From Gemmatimonadota bacterium (lineage in GTDB: Bacteria > Gemmatimonadota > Gemmatimonadetes > Gemmatimonadales > Gemmatimonadaceae): 64,000 nt of DNA. Made by a program: the position numbers and the translations under genes. Of the stretch, positions 37,207-46,900 are shown in pieces (positions within the stretch are counted from its first letter, which is position 1; each line of letters opens with the position of its first letter). The DNA lies in NCBI GenBank assembly GCA_031372565.1, contig JANMLN010000124.1:15684-79683 (forward strand), in the 5' to 3' direction. The notes under the pieces were generated by a model. The model saw only the letters and a list, made by a program, of their open reading frames with translations, was not told where the DNA came from and made no database searches.

Positions 37207-38040
37207 ATGTCTCGCATGCGCACTTTCGGCGCCGTCGCACGGGCCGCCGTCGCGACGCTGGTGCTCTCGACCGTCGCAGCCGCCCAAGGGCCGCTCCGGA
37301 GCGCCAACCCGTTTGCCGTGCTCGGTGGCTCAACCGTGACCAATACGGGCCCCACCACGATCACCGGCAATCTCGGCCTGTATCCGGGAACGGCCATCAC
37401 AGGTCTCGGCAGCATCACGCTGAACGGCACCGTGCACGCCACCGATGGCGTGGCCGCGCTCGCGCAGCAGGACGCGCGTACCGCGTACAACTACTTCCGC
37501 AGCCTGCCGCTCACGACCGACCTCTCGGGTATCGATCTGGGTGGTCGTACGTTGACGCCGGGGGTCTACGCGTTCTCGTCCTCGGCGCAACTGACCGGCA
37601 ACCTGGTGCTCGACTTCCTCGGCAACCCGAATGGACAGTTCATCTTCCAGATCGGCAGCGCGTTCACGTCCGCGAGCGGATCGTCGGTGTCGGTGCTCAA
37701 CGGCGGCGCGGGCAGCGGCGTGTACTGGCAGGTTGGCAGTTCGGCCACGCTCGGCAGCACGACGAGCTTCATGGGCAACCTGATTGCCGACCAGAGCATC
37801 ACGATGACGACCGGGGCCAAGATCGGCTGCGGGCGCGCGTTCGCGCTCGTTGGTGCCGTCACACTCGACAACAACGTGATTGCCGCGAGTTGCCGTGCTG
37901 GCGGCGGCCCCGATGACTTCGGCAGCGGTGGCTTCAGTGGCGGGACCCAGCCGGCCGTGGTGCCGGAGCCCGCGACGTTCGTGTTGCTCGGAAGCGGGCT
38001 TCTCGGCATGCTGGCGTTCGGGTGTCGTCGCTCTCGCTGA
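37207..38040 (+). CDS. Ice-binding protein (DUF3494) with PEP-CTERM sorting domain
   Basis: [52 protein letters not shown]-terminal [16 protein letters not shown]...RRSR. Confidence 0.9.
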   Translation: MSRMRTFGAVARAAVATLVLSTVAAAQGPLRSANPFAVLGGSTVTNTGPTTITGNLGLYPGTAITGLGSITLNGTVHATDGVAALAQQDARTAYNYFRSLPLTTDLSGIDLGGRTLTPGVYAFSSSAQLTGNLVLDFLGNPNGQFIFQIGSAFTSASGSSVSVLNGGAGSGVYWQVGSSATLGSTTSFMGNLIADQSITMTTGAKIGCGRAFALVGAVTLDNNVIAASCRAGGGPDDFGSGGFSGGTQPAVVPEPATFVLLGSGLLGMLAFGCRRSR

Positions 38041-38045
38041 CGCGC

Positions 38046-39182
38046 ATGACGGATCCCGCATCTCGCCGCCACGTGCTCGCCGCGATCGGGCTCGTGGCCG
38101 CGGGGCTCGCGATGCGTCGGACCCGCACGTGGGGAACGGTGCAGGCATCCGCACCGCTGCGTGGAGGGGCCCCCGCGCTCCTGAGGCTCGTGTCGGCCCC
38201 ACTCGCGGCACCGTCATCGCTCCTTGCGATCGTCACCGCCGCCACGCGCGCGGCCTCCAGCCACAATACCCAACCGTGGACGGTGAGCCTTTCGGACAGC
38301 ATGGTGTCGGTGAAGCCCGACTTCACCCGCCGATGTCCGCAGGTCGACCCGGATGATCACCATCTGTACGCGAGCCTTGGATGCCTGGCGGAGAACATCC
38401 ACATTGCCGCGCGGGCGGCCGGGTGGCCCGGCGACGTCGGCGTGACGCTGCCGCATGTCGCGGACGGGCGTGCACGACTCGTGCTGGCCGACGGCCCACG
38501 CGATCTGGCGCCATTCGCGGCGGCCATGGCGGCGCGTCAGTGTACGCGCAGCGGGTTCGATGGACGGTCCGTGCCGGTGCCGCATCTCAAGCTGCTGTCC
38601 GCGGCCGGCACCGGCGATGGCGTCAGCATGCTGCTGTTCACGGACCCGGAGCATCGAAGCGGGACCGCCGAGTGGGTGGCACAGGGCAACACCGCGCAGA
38701 TCGACGACGCCGCGTGGCGCGAGGAACTCGTGCGGTGGCTCCGATTCAGCGAGGGCGAGGCGCGAGAACACGGGGACGGACTCTGGTCTGCGGCGACCGG
38801 CAATCCGGGACTCTGGCGCGCCATCGGCAAGGTCGCCCTGACGCTCACCTACTCCTCGCGATCGCAGAACAAGAAGGAGGTGCCGTGGATCACGGGCTCG
38901 TCCGGCATCGCCGTGTTCGTCTCGGAGCGCAACGACGCGCCGCACTGGATCGAGGCGGGGCGCTGCTACCAGCGATTCGCCCTGCAGGCGACGCTGCTCG
39001 GCATCAGGCACGCCTTCATCAACCAGGCGGTGGAAGTGGCGGCGTTGCGACCGCAGTTCGCGACCTGGTTGGGAATCGGAGATCGCCGTCCGGATCTCGT
39101 GGTGCGGTTCGGGTACGCGGAGGCGATGCCCATGTCGTTCCGGCGGCCGATGGCCGCCGTGCTGGCGCGCGACGACGGGTGA
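38046..39182 (+). CDS. Acg-family FMN-binding nitroreductase-like protein with Tat-like leader
   Basis: SRRHVL leader; AASSHNTQPW, VDPDDHH, RQCTR, AGR.YQRFAL.AT, RFGY. Confidence 0.85.
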   Translation: MTDPASRRHVLAAIGLVAAGLAMRRTRTWGTVQASAPLRGGAPALLRLVSAPLAAPSSLLAIVTAATRAASSHNTQPWTVSLSDSMVSVKPDFTRRCPQVDPDDHHLYASLGCLAENIHIAARAAGWPGDVGVTLPHVADGRARLVLADGPRDLAPFAAAMAARQCTRSGFDGRSVPVPHLKLLSAAGTGDGVSMLLFTDPEHRSGTAEWVAQGNTAQIDDAAWREELVRWLRFSEGEAREHGDGLWSAATGNPGLWRAIGKVALTLTYSSRSQNKKEVPWITGSSGIAVFVSERNDAPHWIEAGRCYQRFALQATLLGIRHAFINQAVEVAALRPQFATWLGIGDRRPDLVVRFGYAEAMPMSFRRPMAAVLARDDG

Positions 39183-39263
39183 GCGGCGTCGGACTCGTCC
39201 GGTGGGCGATCGCGTCGCATACGCAACCGACGCGGATCGAAATTCCTTCTGTGAAGCGCCGGC

Positions 39264-39520
39264 CCGCGACAAGCCCCCACATGCTGTTGCGAGGCTTGGC
39301 GTGGCAGCTTCTTCAATTGTCCGAGCGATCCTCGAGGTGCTGCTCAGCCTTGTGTTCGCGCGCTCGGATGGGACGCGATGGTCCCGGCGCATGCGGGTGG
39401 TCCGAAGAAGCGGGGTGGCGCCAACTCTCCCACGACGTCGATGGTCCGTGGTGCGTCAAGGAATCTCACGCGCGCTGTCGCTCCCGATTCAGTCATCTCG
39501 ATTCGCGCCCGGTGCGCGGC
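39264..39520 (-). ncRNA. Putative bridge/seek RNA region of the IS1111-type element
   Basis: About 257-bp non-coding region downstream of tnp with segments matching target flanks (39459-39467, 39482-39487) and the element end (39421-39426). Confidence 0.55.
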
Positions 39521-39521
39521 G

Positions 39522-40550
39522 CTACGCCGCGCGGGGTGGGGCCTCCGTCGGACGCGGGCGGAGCTGCTGCGCGTCGAACGACGCACCGTCCCGCCAGATC
39601 GCGTAGAGGATGCCCGCCAGTCGGCGCGCGAGGGCGACCGCGTCGCTGCGCGATCTGCACGGTCCACGCACGCAGCGCCGCGGTCTCGGTGGACGTCGAG
39701 CGCAGGATCGTCCACGCCGCTTCCACCAGCAGCCAGCGCATGCGCCCGTTGCCCGCTTTCGTGAGGTGCCCCAGCTGCCGCTTCGCGCGCGATCTGCGCT
39801 CGCTCGGAATCAGGCCGAGGTACGCCTCGAGTTCGTGGGCCGAGCGAAACCGCGTGATGTCATCCACCGTGGCCACGAACGCGCTGGCCGTCAGGGGCCC
39901 CACGCCCGGCGCGGTCGTGAGGCGCAGCGCGATGGGCTCCTCCTGCACGAAGGCCGCGATGCGCGCATCGGCCACGCCGATCTGCGCGTTGAGCGGGGTG
40001 AACACCGCGAACAGTGGCGACAGTTCGGTGGTCAACGTGGGTGAGAGCTCCAACTCGGCAATCCGCGTCGGCGCCCAGGCACTCGCACTCGTTGGCACCC
40101 GCAACCCGTCGCGTCGTACGAGCGCCTTCGCGAGCGCGACATACCGCGTGCGCGTGCGCACGAGCGCATCGCGCACTGCGGGTTCGGCCCGCACATGCCG
40201 TCGCGCCTCGGAGAGCCGATAGGCCGGACGCCAGGCGCCCGTTTCGCACGCGTCCATCAGTGTGCGCGCATCGCGCTTATCGGTCTTGGTGCGGCGCGAG
40301 CGATTGGCGTACATCGGCGCATAGTTCGGGTCTGCCACGATCACCTCGTGGCCGAGCGAATCGAGGTGGCGCGCCACCCACTCGCTCTCCCTGCTCGCTT
40401 CGAGCAGGATGCGAGCCGGCGCCCGCCCGCGCAGCACCGCGGTGAACCGCTCCCGGCTGGTGGCGATCCGGCGATCGGTGACGGTCCCGTCGGCTGCCTT
40501 CATCGACAGCTGACTCTTGCGCTTGTGCAGATCCAGGCCTATGACTTCAC
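39522..40550 (-). pseudogene. IS110 DEDD recombinase/transposase, frameshifted
   Basis: IGLDLHK, LLEAS, KTDKRDA, PGVGP, YLGLIPS, TKAGN; GTG start out of frame; C-terminal VALARRLAGILYAIWRD in a shifted frame. Confidence 0.9.
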
Positions 40551-40765
40551 GGTGGCTGGCCTCCCGGTATGCGCCCCGGCGGCAGACGGTGCGCGGGTGG
40601 ATCGTGGTGGGGCAGAGGGTAGCTCCGCGTTACCGTGGAGGTCCAGCCGCCGCTTCATACCAACTATCCCGACTTCGACCCGAGCTCCGAGGTATCCTGT
40701 GCGCCGTTCGCAGACTCCCCCCCCCCGCGCTGAATACACACAGGCGAGCATTCGCTGCGCGCAGC

Positions 40766-42472
40766 TTGCGAGCGCGCATCATTTGGTGGTTTCGCCGAGG
40801 CGTGGTATGCGGTAGCGTCGCCCTAGCCGTGGCGTGTGAGCGACCGACCGAGGGCCTACAGACCAACGCAACGCCACCTCGCGAGGTGCGTTCCGCCGCA
40901 CTGGCGACACGACCACCTCTTGCGGACACGATTGAGGAAGTACGAGTCGCTCTCGCCGCAGGTCTCCTGCCCGAGCTGCCATCGGACGCGGCGCTCATGC
41001 GCGCGGTGGAGGAGTCGAAGGGTATTGTTTTGATCGGGCTGAAGGAGCCCTTGCAGCCGAGTACGCGCGCTTCCGGACGGTTTCAGGCCATGGCACGCGC
41101 GCGTGTCGAAGACCTTCAGCGCCTGCTCGCGGATGAGGGCGTCGCGGTGCTGCAGTCGATGCGATACACATCCACCGTTGTCGCGCGTATCGACGCGATT
41201 CAGGCACCTCGTCTGCGACGCCTGCCCATCGTCAATTTCCTTGAGGTGCCGGCCAGCGGCGCTCCGGGACAGGCTGCGCAGATCGTCGACACCGCGCAGC
41301 GCATCTACGGGTTGCCAGGCGTATGGACCATGGGCGGCGGCGCGGGAGGCAGCGCCACGATCACAATCCTGGATTCCGGCTTGGACTCGTTGCACTACTA
41401 TCTGCCGACGGGAGATGGACCGGCGAGTCTGAGCGTGTGCGGCTACGTGTCCTCGGCGCGGTCCTGCTACAACCCCGCCGACGTCCATGGCAGCGCCGTG
41501 GCGGGCGTCGTGGCGGGCCGAGACAACTGCTGCGGGATTGTGGGCGTGGCATACGGACCGTTGACGGTGAACTTTGCGCGAATCACCGACAGCGTGCAGT
41601 ACTGGGGCGAAGCGGCGTTCATTGCGGCTCTTGACTGGGCGACATCGCTCCAAGTGCCCCGTCACATCGTCAACATGAGCTTCCAGTTCTGCACGATGGG
41701 CTCCGCTTCGTGGAACGCGATAGGTCGGGCCAGTCAGGCGGGCATTCTGCTCGTCTCGATCGCGGGGAACACGAACTGGCTCTGTTCCGGGTTTCCGCCC
41801 GGGGCGAACGGTGTGACGTTCCCGGGACGCTATCCCGAGGTGCTTGCCGTTGCTGGCACGAGTGTGGCAGACGGCTTTGCGCTTCCGGAGGGGTCGTGCT
41901 CGGGGTCGCGACAGGGTCCCGAGGTCGCGCTCTCCGCGCCGTTCAAGGTGCAGACGATGGGCTTCGCAGGCTCAAGGGCGGTGATGTGCGGTACTTCGTT
42001 CTCGGCGCCAGCGGTATCCGGCGCGGCTGCGCTTGTCTGGACGCAGAATCCATCGTGGAACGCAACCGCGGTGCGAAGCCGACTGTTCAGTTCCGCACTG
42101 GACCTCGGGCCGACTGGGAGGGATCAGCAGTTTGGCTTTGGGCGCCTGTCGGCTGTCAACGCGCTTCAGTCTCCCCTGCAGGTGTCCCTATCGGGTCCCG
42201 GTCTCCTCGATGTACCTGGGACGTACACCTGGTCGGCGACCGCGTCGGGCTCGCAGGCTCCGTATTCGATCGTCTGGTCCTACCGGAGTTCAGCCACGGG
42301 CGCCTGGGTCGCTGTCGGCAGCGGCTCGACGCACTCGCGGAACGTCACCGCCTCTTCTCCAAGCTTTCAGCTGCTTGCTCAGGTCACGACCCCCGCTTGG
42401 CAGGGCAGCGCCTCGGCAACGACGGCCGTCACCGTATCCATGGGGGGCGGATGCAATCCGTACTGCGAGTAG
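40766..42472 (+). CDS. S8 subtilisin-like serine protease, probable lipoprotein
   Basis: Triad ILDSG, HGSAVAG, GTSFSAP; oxyanion AGN; lipobox-like LAVAC; start uncertain (TTG 40766 or GTG 40802). Confidence 0.85.
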   Translation: MRARIIWWFRRGVVCGSVALAVACERPTEGLQTNATPPREVRSAALATRPPLADTIEEVRVALAAGLLPELPSDAALMRAVEESKGIVLIGLKEPLQPSTRASGRFQAMARARVEDLQRLLADEGVAVLQSMRYTSTVVARIDAIQAPRLRRLPIVNFLEVPASGAPGQAAQIVDTAQRIYGLPGVWTMGGGAGGSATITILDSGLDSLHYYLPTGDGPASLSVCGYVSSARSCYNPADVHGSAVAGVVAGRDNCCGIVGVAYGPLTVNFARITDSVQYWGEAAFIAALDWATSLQVPRHIVNMSFQFCTMGSASWNAIGRASQAGILLVSIAGNTNWLCSGFPPGANGVTFPGRYPEVLAVAGTSVADGFALPEGSCSGSRQGPEVALSAPFKVQTMGFAGSRAVMCGTSFSAPAVSGAAALVWTQNPSWNATAVRSRLFSSALDLGPTGRDQQFGFGRLSAVNALQSPLQVSLSGPGLLDVPGTYTWSATASGSQAPYSIVWSYRSSATGAWVAVGSGSTHSRNVTASSPSFQLLAQVTTPAWQGSASATTAVTVSMGGGCNPYCE

Positions 42473-42483
42473 GAGCGCGAGTA

Positions 42484-43005
42484 GTGATTGGGCGCGGGGG
42501 CGGGCCACTCAGGCGTATCAGGACTCTTCTTGGCGTAGGTGCCGTGGCGTTGGCGAGTTGCAGCACATCGCTCGCCGAGCCAGACGGCGGTTGTCAGTCC
42601 ATCGTCCCGCGCGACCAGTCCGCCCGCACGACCATCACGCAGGGGATCGCGGGCAACGTGTGGCGGTGGGACGGGTTTGGCAACTGCTCCGATGCTGTGG
42701 CGGTGTCACGGACGATTCTGGTCTATCAACCCGTCCTAAAGAGCGCTCTCCCTTCGATGCGCCCGGACTCGTTCTTCGCCGACTCGCTCGTTGGCGTGGC
42801 CGTGGACAGCGTTCGCTCCGACAGCTTGGGCTTCTACCAGCTCCGGCTGCCCGCCGGTACCTACTCGCTGGTGGCGCGCGAAGGCGGTCGGTTGTACGTG
42901 AACCTCGGCACGACTGATCTGCGCTACGTCGGCCTGACGGAGATTCCCCCGAACTCCGTCTTGCGTTACGACGTGTCGATACGCTATGTGGGGAGCCTCC
43001 CATAG
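42484..43005 (+). CDS. Hypothetical lipoprotein with carboxypeptidase-regulatory-like beta domain
   Basis: Lipobox LASC; SDSLGFYQLRLPAGTYSL. Confidence 0.6.
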   Translation: MIGRGGGPLRRIRTLLGVGAVALASCSTSLAEPDGGCQSIVPRDQSARTTITQGIAGNVWRWDGFGNCSDAVAVSRTILVYQPVLKSALPSMRPDSFFADSLVGVAVDSVRSDSLGFYQLRLPAGTYSLVAREGGRLYVNLGTTDLRYVGLTEIPPNSVLRYDVSIRYVGSLP

Positions 43006-43210
43006 GCACGCGGCCAGCGGGGTGTCGGGGCCTGAAGAGCGGTCGCAAGACGGGCGAAGCCCATCGAGGAGCCCGTCGAGTGCGCGAGCGCTCGACTGAG
43101 CTACACCCGACATGACTCTCTCGCTGCGTCGAACCTGGCAGCAACGCAACTAGCGGCCAGACATGCCGCAGACGCCGCCAGTAGGTGAACCGCGCCAGAG
43201 TGCATCGTCG

Positions 43211-43305
43211 CCCCAACGTCAAGTTGAGCTGTGGACCCTTCAAGAATGCGGCCGCGGAGCGGCCGTCATCAGTAGCGCGGCCATCTTCACCAACTGCCGT
43301 CAGTG
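43211..43305 (+). other. Degenerate attC-like site
   Basis: CCCCAAC...GTTGAGCT...central hairpin CGGCCGC-GGA-GCGGCCG...CAAC...GTCAGTG; R boxes deviate from RYYYAAC/GTTRRRY. Confidence 0.35.
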
Positions 43306-43637
43306 TACGCCCAGAATGCGGCGCACTTCTTCTTGCAGCGCCGGAACGTTCGTCCGCAACACGCGCCAAACAATATCGAGGTCGACGCCGAAGTAGTCGT
43401 GGATCAGTCGGTCGCGCATTCGCGCCATGGCGCGCCACTCAACCGCAGGATCGCGTTGCGCATCTCGGCGGGCACGCGCTTGGACGCCTCGCCGATTATT
43501 TCAAGACTGCGCACGACGGCGCGCTGGAGGATGGGGTCCTCCTCCAGCACCTGGCGCGTCAGCGTCGTCCGCACCTAACCAAGGAAGTCTGCCTCGGCGA
43601 GGATGTGCCGAAGCACCTCATGCGGCTCGTACGACAT
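43300..43637 (-). pseudogene. HepT-like (DUF86) HEPN toxin pseudogene
   Basis: AVVRSLEIIGEASK, then WRAMARMRDRLIHDYFGVD (Rx4H) in another frame; in-frame TAG at 43575-43577 and frameshift near 43450. Confidence 0.88.
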
Positions 43638-43935
43638 CCAAGGCGCCCGCGAGGATATGCGGGCGCAGGGAAGGCGGGAGGCCCTCGGCTGTGACGAGCT
43701 CGACGTGGCGTCCCAACACCGACTCGAGCAGATCTCCAAGGTCGACGAGGTGCGCCAGCGTCTTCTGCTCGGGCTCAAACTCGACAAGCAAGTCGACATC
43801 ACTGTCCGGATGCGCGGTATCGCGTCGGACCGATCCGAACAGCGCCAAGCGCCGAACGCCCAAGCCGAAAATTTCGGCTTGGACGGCCTGCAAGCGAGCT
43901 TGCACATCGGAGCGGGATGGAGCCTGAGCGATCAT
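43618..43935 (-). CDS. Minimal nucleotidyltransferase (MNT) antitoxin
   Basis: LFGSVRRDTAHPDSDVDLLVEF (GSx10DxD). Confidence 0.92.
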   Translation of the reverse strand: MIAQAPSRSDVQARLQAVQAEIFGLGVRRLALFGSVRRDTAHPDSDVDLLVEFEPEQKTLAHLVDLGDLLESVLGRHVELVTAEGLPPSLRPHILAGALDVVRAA

Positions 43936-43994
43936 GAAACAAAGCTATCCCGGCGCGTCGCGCTCGCCACGTCGAGGGCGTCACCCGCTCGTGA

Positions 43995-46900
43995 TCAGTC
44001 CCCCGCCACCGGCTGCAACGCTGGCACGCGATGCTCCCCGGTCGCCTGCGCCACCTTCATCCCGAACCGACGCGCCAGTCCGGCACGCATCTCGTCCATG
44101 ATCTCGTAGAAGGTCGGGATCACGATCAGCGTCAGCACGGTCGACGTGATCGTGCCGCCGATGACCGCGATCCCTAGCGGCGCGCGGAACTGCGAGCCTT
44201 CGCCCGAGCCGAGCGCGACCGGGATCATGCCCGCGATCAGTGCGAACGTGGTCATGAGAATGGGACGCAAGCGGATCGCGCCCGCTTCGATCAACGCCTC
44301 GCGCAGCGGCAGTCCCTGCTTCTCGCGCGCCCACTTGGCAAAGTCCACCAGCAGGATCGCGTTCTTGGCCACGATGCCGGCCAGCAGGATGACGCCGATC
44401 ATCGACATGATGTTGATCGTCGCCCCCGTCACCATGAGGGCCAGCATCACGCCGATGAGCGAGAGCGGCAGCGAAATCAGGATCGCCAGCGGGTCGAGGA
44501 ACGATCCGAACTGCACCACCAGGATGAAGTACATGAGCATGACGGCCACGCCAAGCGCCGACAGGATGCTCGTGAACACTTCCGCCTGCTGCTTCGCTTC
44601 GCCACCCTGCGAAATGCGCACCGACGCCGGCTTCTGGAGCTTGGCCATCCGCTGGTTGATGTCCACCAGCACGTTGGTCAGCGCCTTGCCTGCCGTGTTG
44701 GCCTGCACGATCACGACCTTCTCGCGATCGAGATGGCTGATCACGGCGGGTCCGAGCGTCTGCTTCACGCTGGCGATCTGGCCGAGCGGCAGCGTGGTGG
44801 GCGCGCCACCAGGCGCACCGATCACGAGCGGCAACTGTTCGAGATCGGTCCCGCGGCGGCGCGACTCGGGGTCGAGGCGCACGCGCACCTCGCGCGTCTC
44901 GCCGCTCGGGTCCACCCAATCGCCCGTCTTGATGCCGGCAAAGGCCGGCCGCAGCGACTGCGCCACGGCGCCCACCGACACGCCGAGCGATCCGGCGAGC
45001 CCGCGGTTGATCTGCACGTCCAGTTCGGGCTTCTGCCCCTTGCTGCTCAACCCGGCGTCCACGGCACCGGGAGTCTCCTTCACGGCCTGCAAGACCTGCT
45101 GCGCATAGCTCTGCAGATCGGCCAGGTTGTCGCCGCGGAGTTCGAGCTGGATCTGCTTGCGGCCACCGCCAAAGTCGGTGGCGAACACGGCCACGGTCGC
45201 GCCGCCAACCTGCTTCACTTCCTCGCGCAGTTGGCCCGCGAGCTGGATGACCGACAGCGTGCGCTCGCCCTTGGGCGTCGTCTTCACGAAGACGTTCGCC
45301 ATGTCGACGGCACCGCTCGCCCCGCCGATCGTAGTGTAGGTGTAGATGACCTCCGGGTGCGCACGCGCGATGCGGGCCGCTTCTTCGGCCTTGAGGCGCG
45401 TGTACGACATGGTCGAGCCCGGCGGCGTCTCGACCGCGATGTTGAACTCGGACCGGTCATCCTCGGGCACGAAGCCGGCGCCCACCAGGCCGGTGGCCGG
45501 AATGGCGATCGCGATCACGAACGACCCGACCGCCAGCGCCACCATCGCGAGCCGGTGATCGAGCGCCCACGCGATCACGAGTCGGTACCGCTCCGCCAAC
45601 CGGTTGAACCAGTTGTTGAACTGGTCCAGTCGCTTCGTGATCCACCGCTTCTTCTCCTCGGGCACGTGCGGGTCGGGCCAGTAGGCCGACAGCATCGGAT
45701 CGAGCGAGAACGACACGAAGAGCGACACCAGCACCGAACAGGCGATCGTGAGCGCGAACGGCTTGAACCACTGCCCACCCACACCGCTGATGAACGCGAT
45801 GGGCACGAACACCGCCACGATCGAGAAGGTGGTGGCCGCAACGGCGAGCCCGATTTCGTCGGTCCCCTCGCGGGCCGCGGTGTAGTGGTCTTTCCCCATC
45901 TCCACATGGCGCACGATGTTCTCGCGCACCACGATCGCGTCGTCGATCAGGATGCCGATCGCGAGCGAAAGCCCCAACAGCGACATGGTGTTGAGCGTGA
46001 ACCCGAAGAGCCACACCGCCACGAAGCTCGCCAGCACCGACACCGGCAGTGCCAGGCCGGTGATGACTGTCGAACGCCACGAATTGAGGAAGATGAACAC
46101 CACCAGCACCGTCAGCAGCGCCCCTTCGAGCAGCGTCTCCTGCACGTTGCGCACCGACGCGTCCACGCGCTTGCCGGCATCGCGGACGATGTCGACCTTC
46201 ACGCCGGCCGGGAGCCGCTTCTTGATCTCGTCGATCCGCTTGTTGAGCCGCATCGACAGATCGGTCGTGCTGGCTTCCTTCCCCTTCTTGATGTCGATGC
46301 CCACCGCCTCGACGCCGTTGTAGAGCGCCAGCGTGCGCGGCTCCTCGGTCCCATCGCGCACCGTGGCCAGTTGGCCCAGGCGAATCGGAATCCCGTTGCG
46401 CGTCGTGACCACGAGGTTCGCGAACTCCTGCGGGTCGAGCAGGCGTCCCTGCAGGCGGATCGAACGCTCCTCGAGCGGTCCCTCGATGCGCCCGACCGGT
46501 GCCGCCAGATTCTGCGTCTGCAACGCCTGCACCACCTGGGAGACGCCCACACCGTTGGCCAGCAGCGCCTGCGGGTGAATCTCCACCGTCAGCTCGCGCT
46601 TGATCGAGCCGACGACGGCCACATCGGCCACTCCCGCCAGCGAGCGGAACTCGCGCGTGATCCCCGGGTCGGCGAGTCGCGTCAGCTGCGCCGGCGTCAG
46701 CGACGTCGAACTCAGCGTGAGCGACAGCACCGGACGGTCGGTGTCGGAGATCTTCTTGAGGATCGGCTCCTCCATCTCCTGCGGGAGCTCCTGCCGCTTG
46801 AGCGAGATGGCGTCGCGGATGTCCTGCTGCGCCTCCTGGATCGGCTTCTGGAAGAGGAAGAAGGTCGTGATCTGCGCGAATCCGTCGCGCGCTTCCCCCT

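Larger units (their letters stand above)
39248..40665 (-). mobile_element. IS110-family (IS1111-type) insertion sequence, 1418 bp, with both ends
   Basis: Subterminal IRs GTGAAGCGCCGGC (39251-39263) and GCCGCCGCTTCAT (40646-40658), 11/13 match, 3 and 7 bp from the ends; CT at both junctions (39246-47, 40664-65); non-coding region downstream of tnp. Confidence 0.85.

Noticed and set aside
43090..43160. Additional attC-like site
   Set aside because: Neither R box nor L-box pairing is convincing
26440..43990. Prophage or ICE
   Set aside because: No integrase, phage structural, conjugation or replication genes, and no tRNA or att repeat seen
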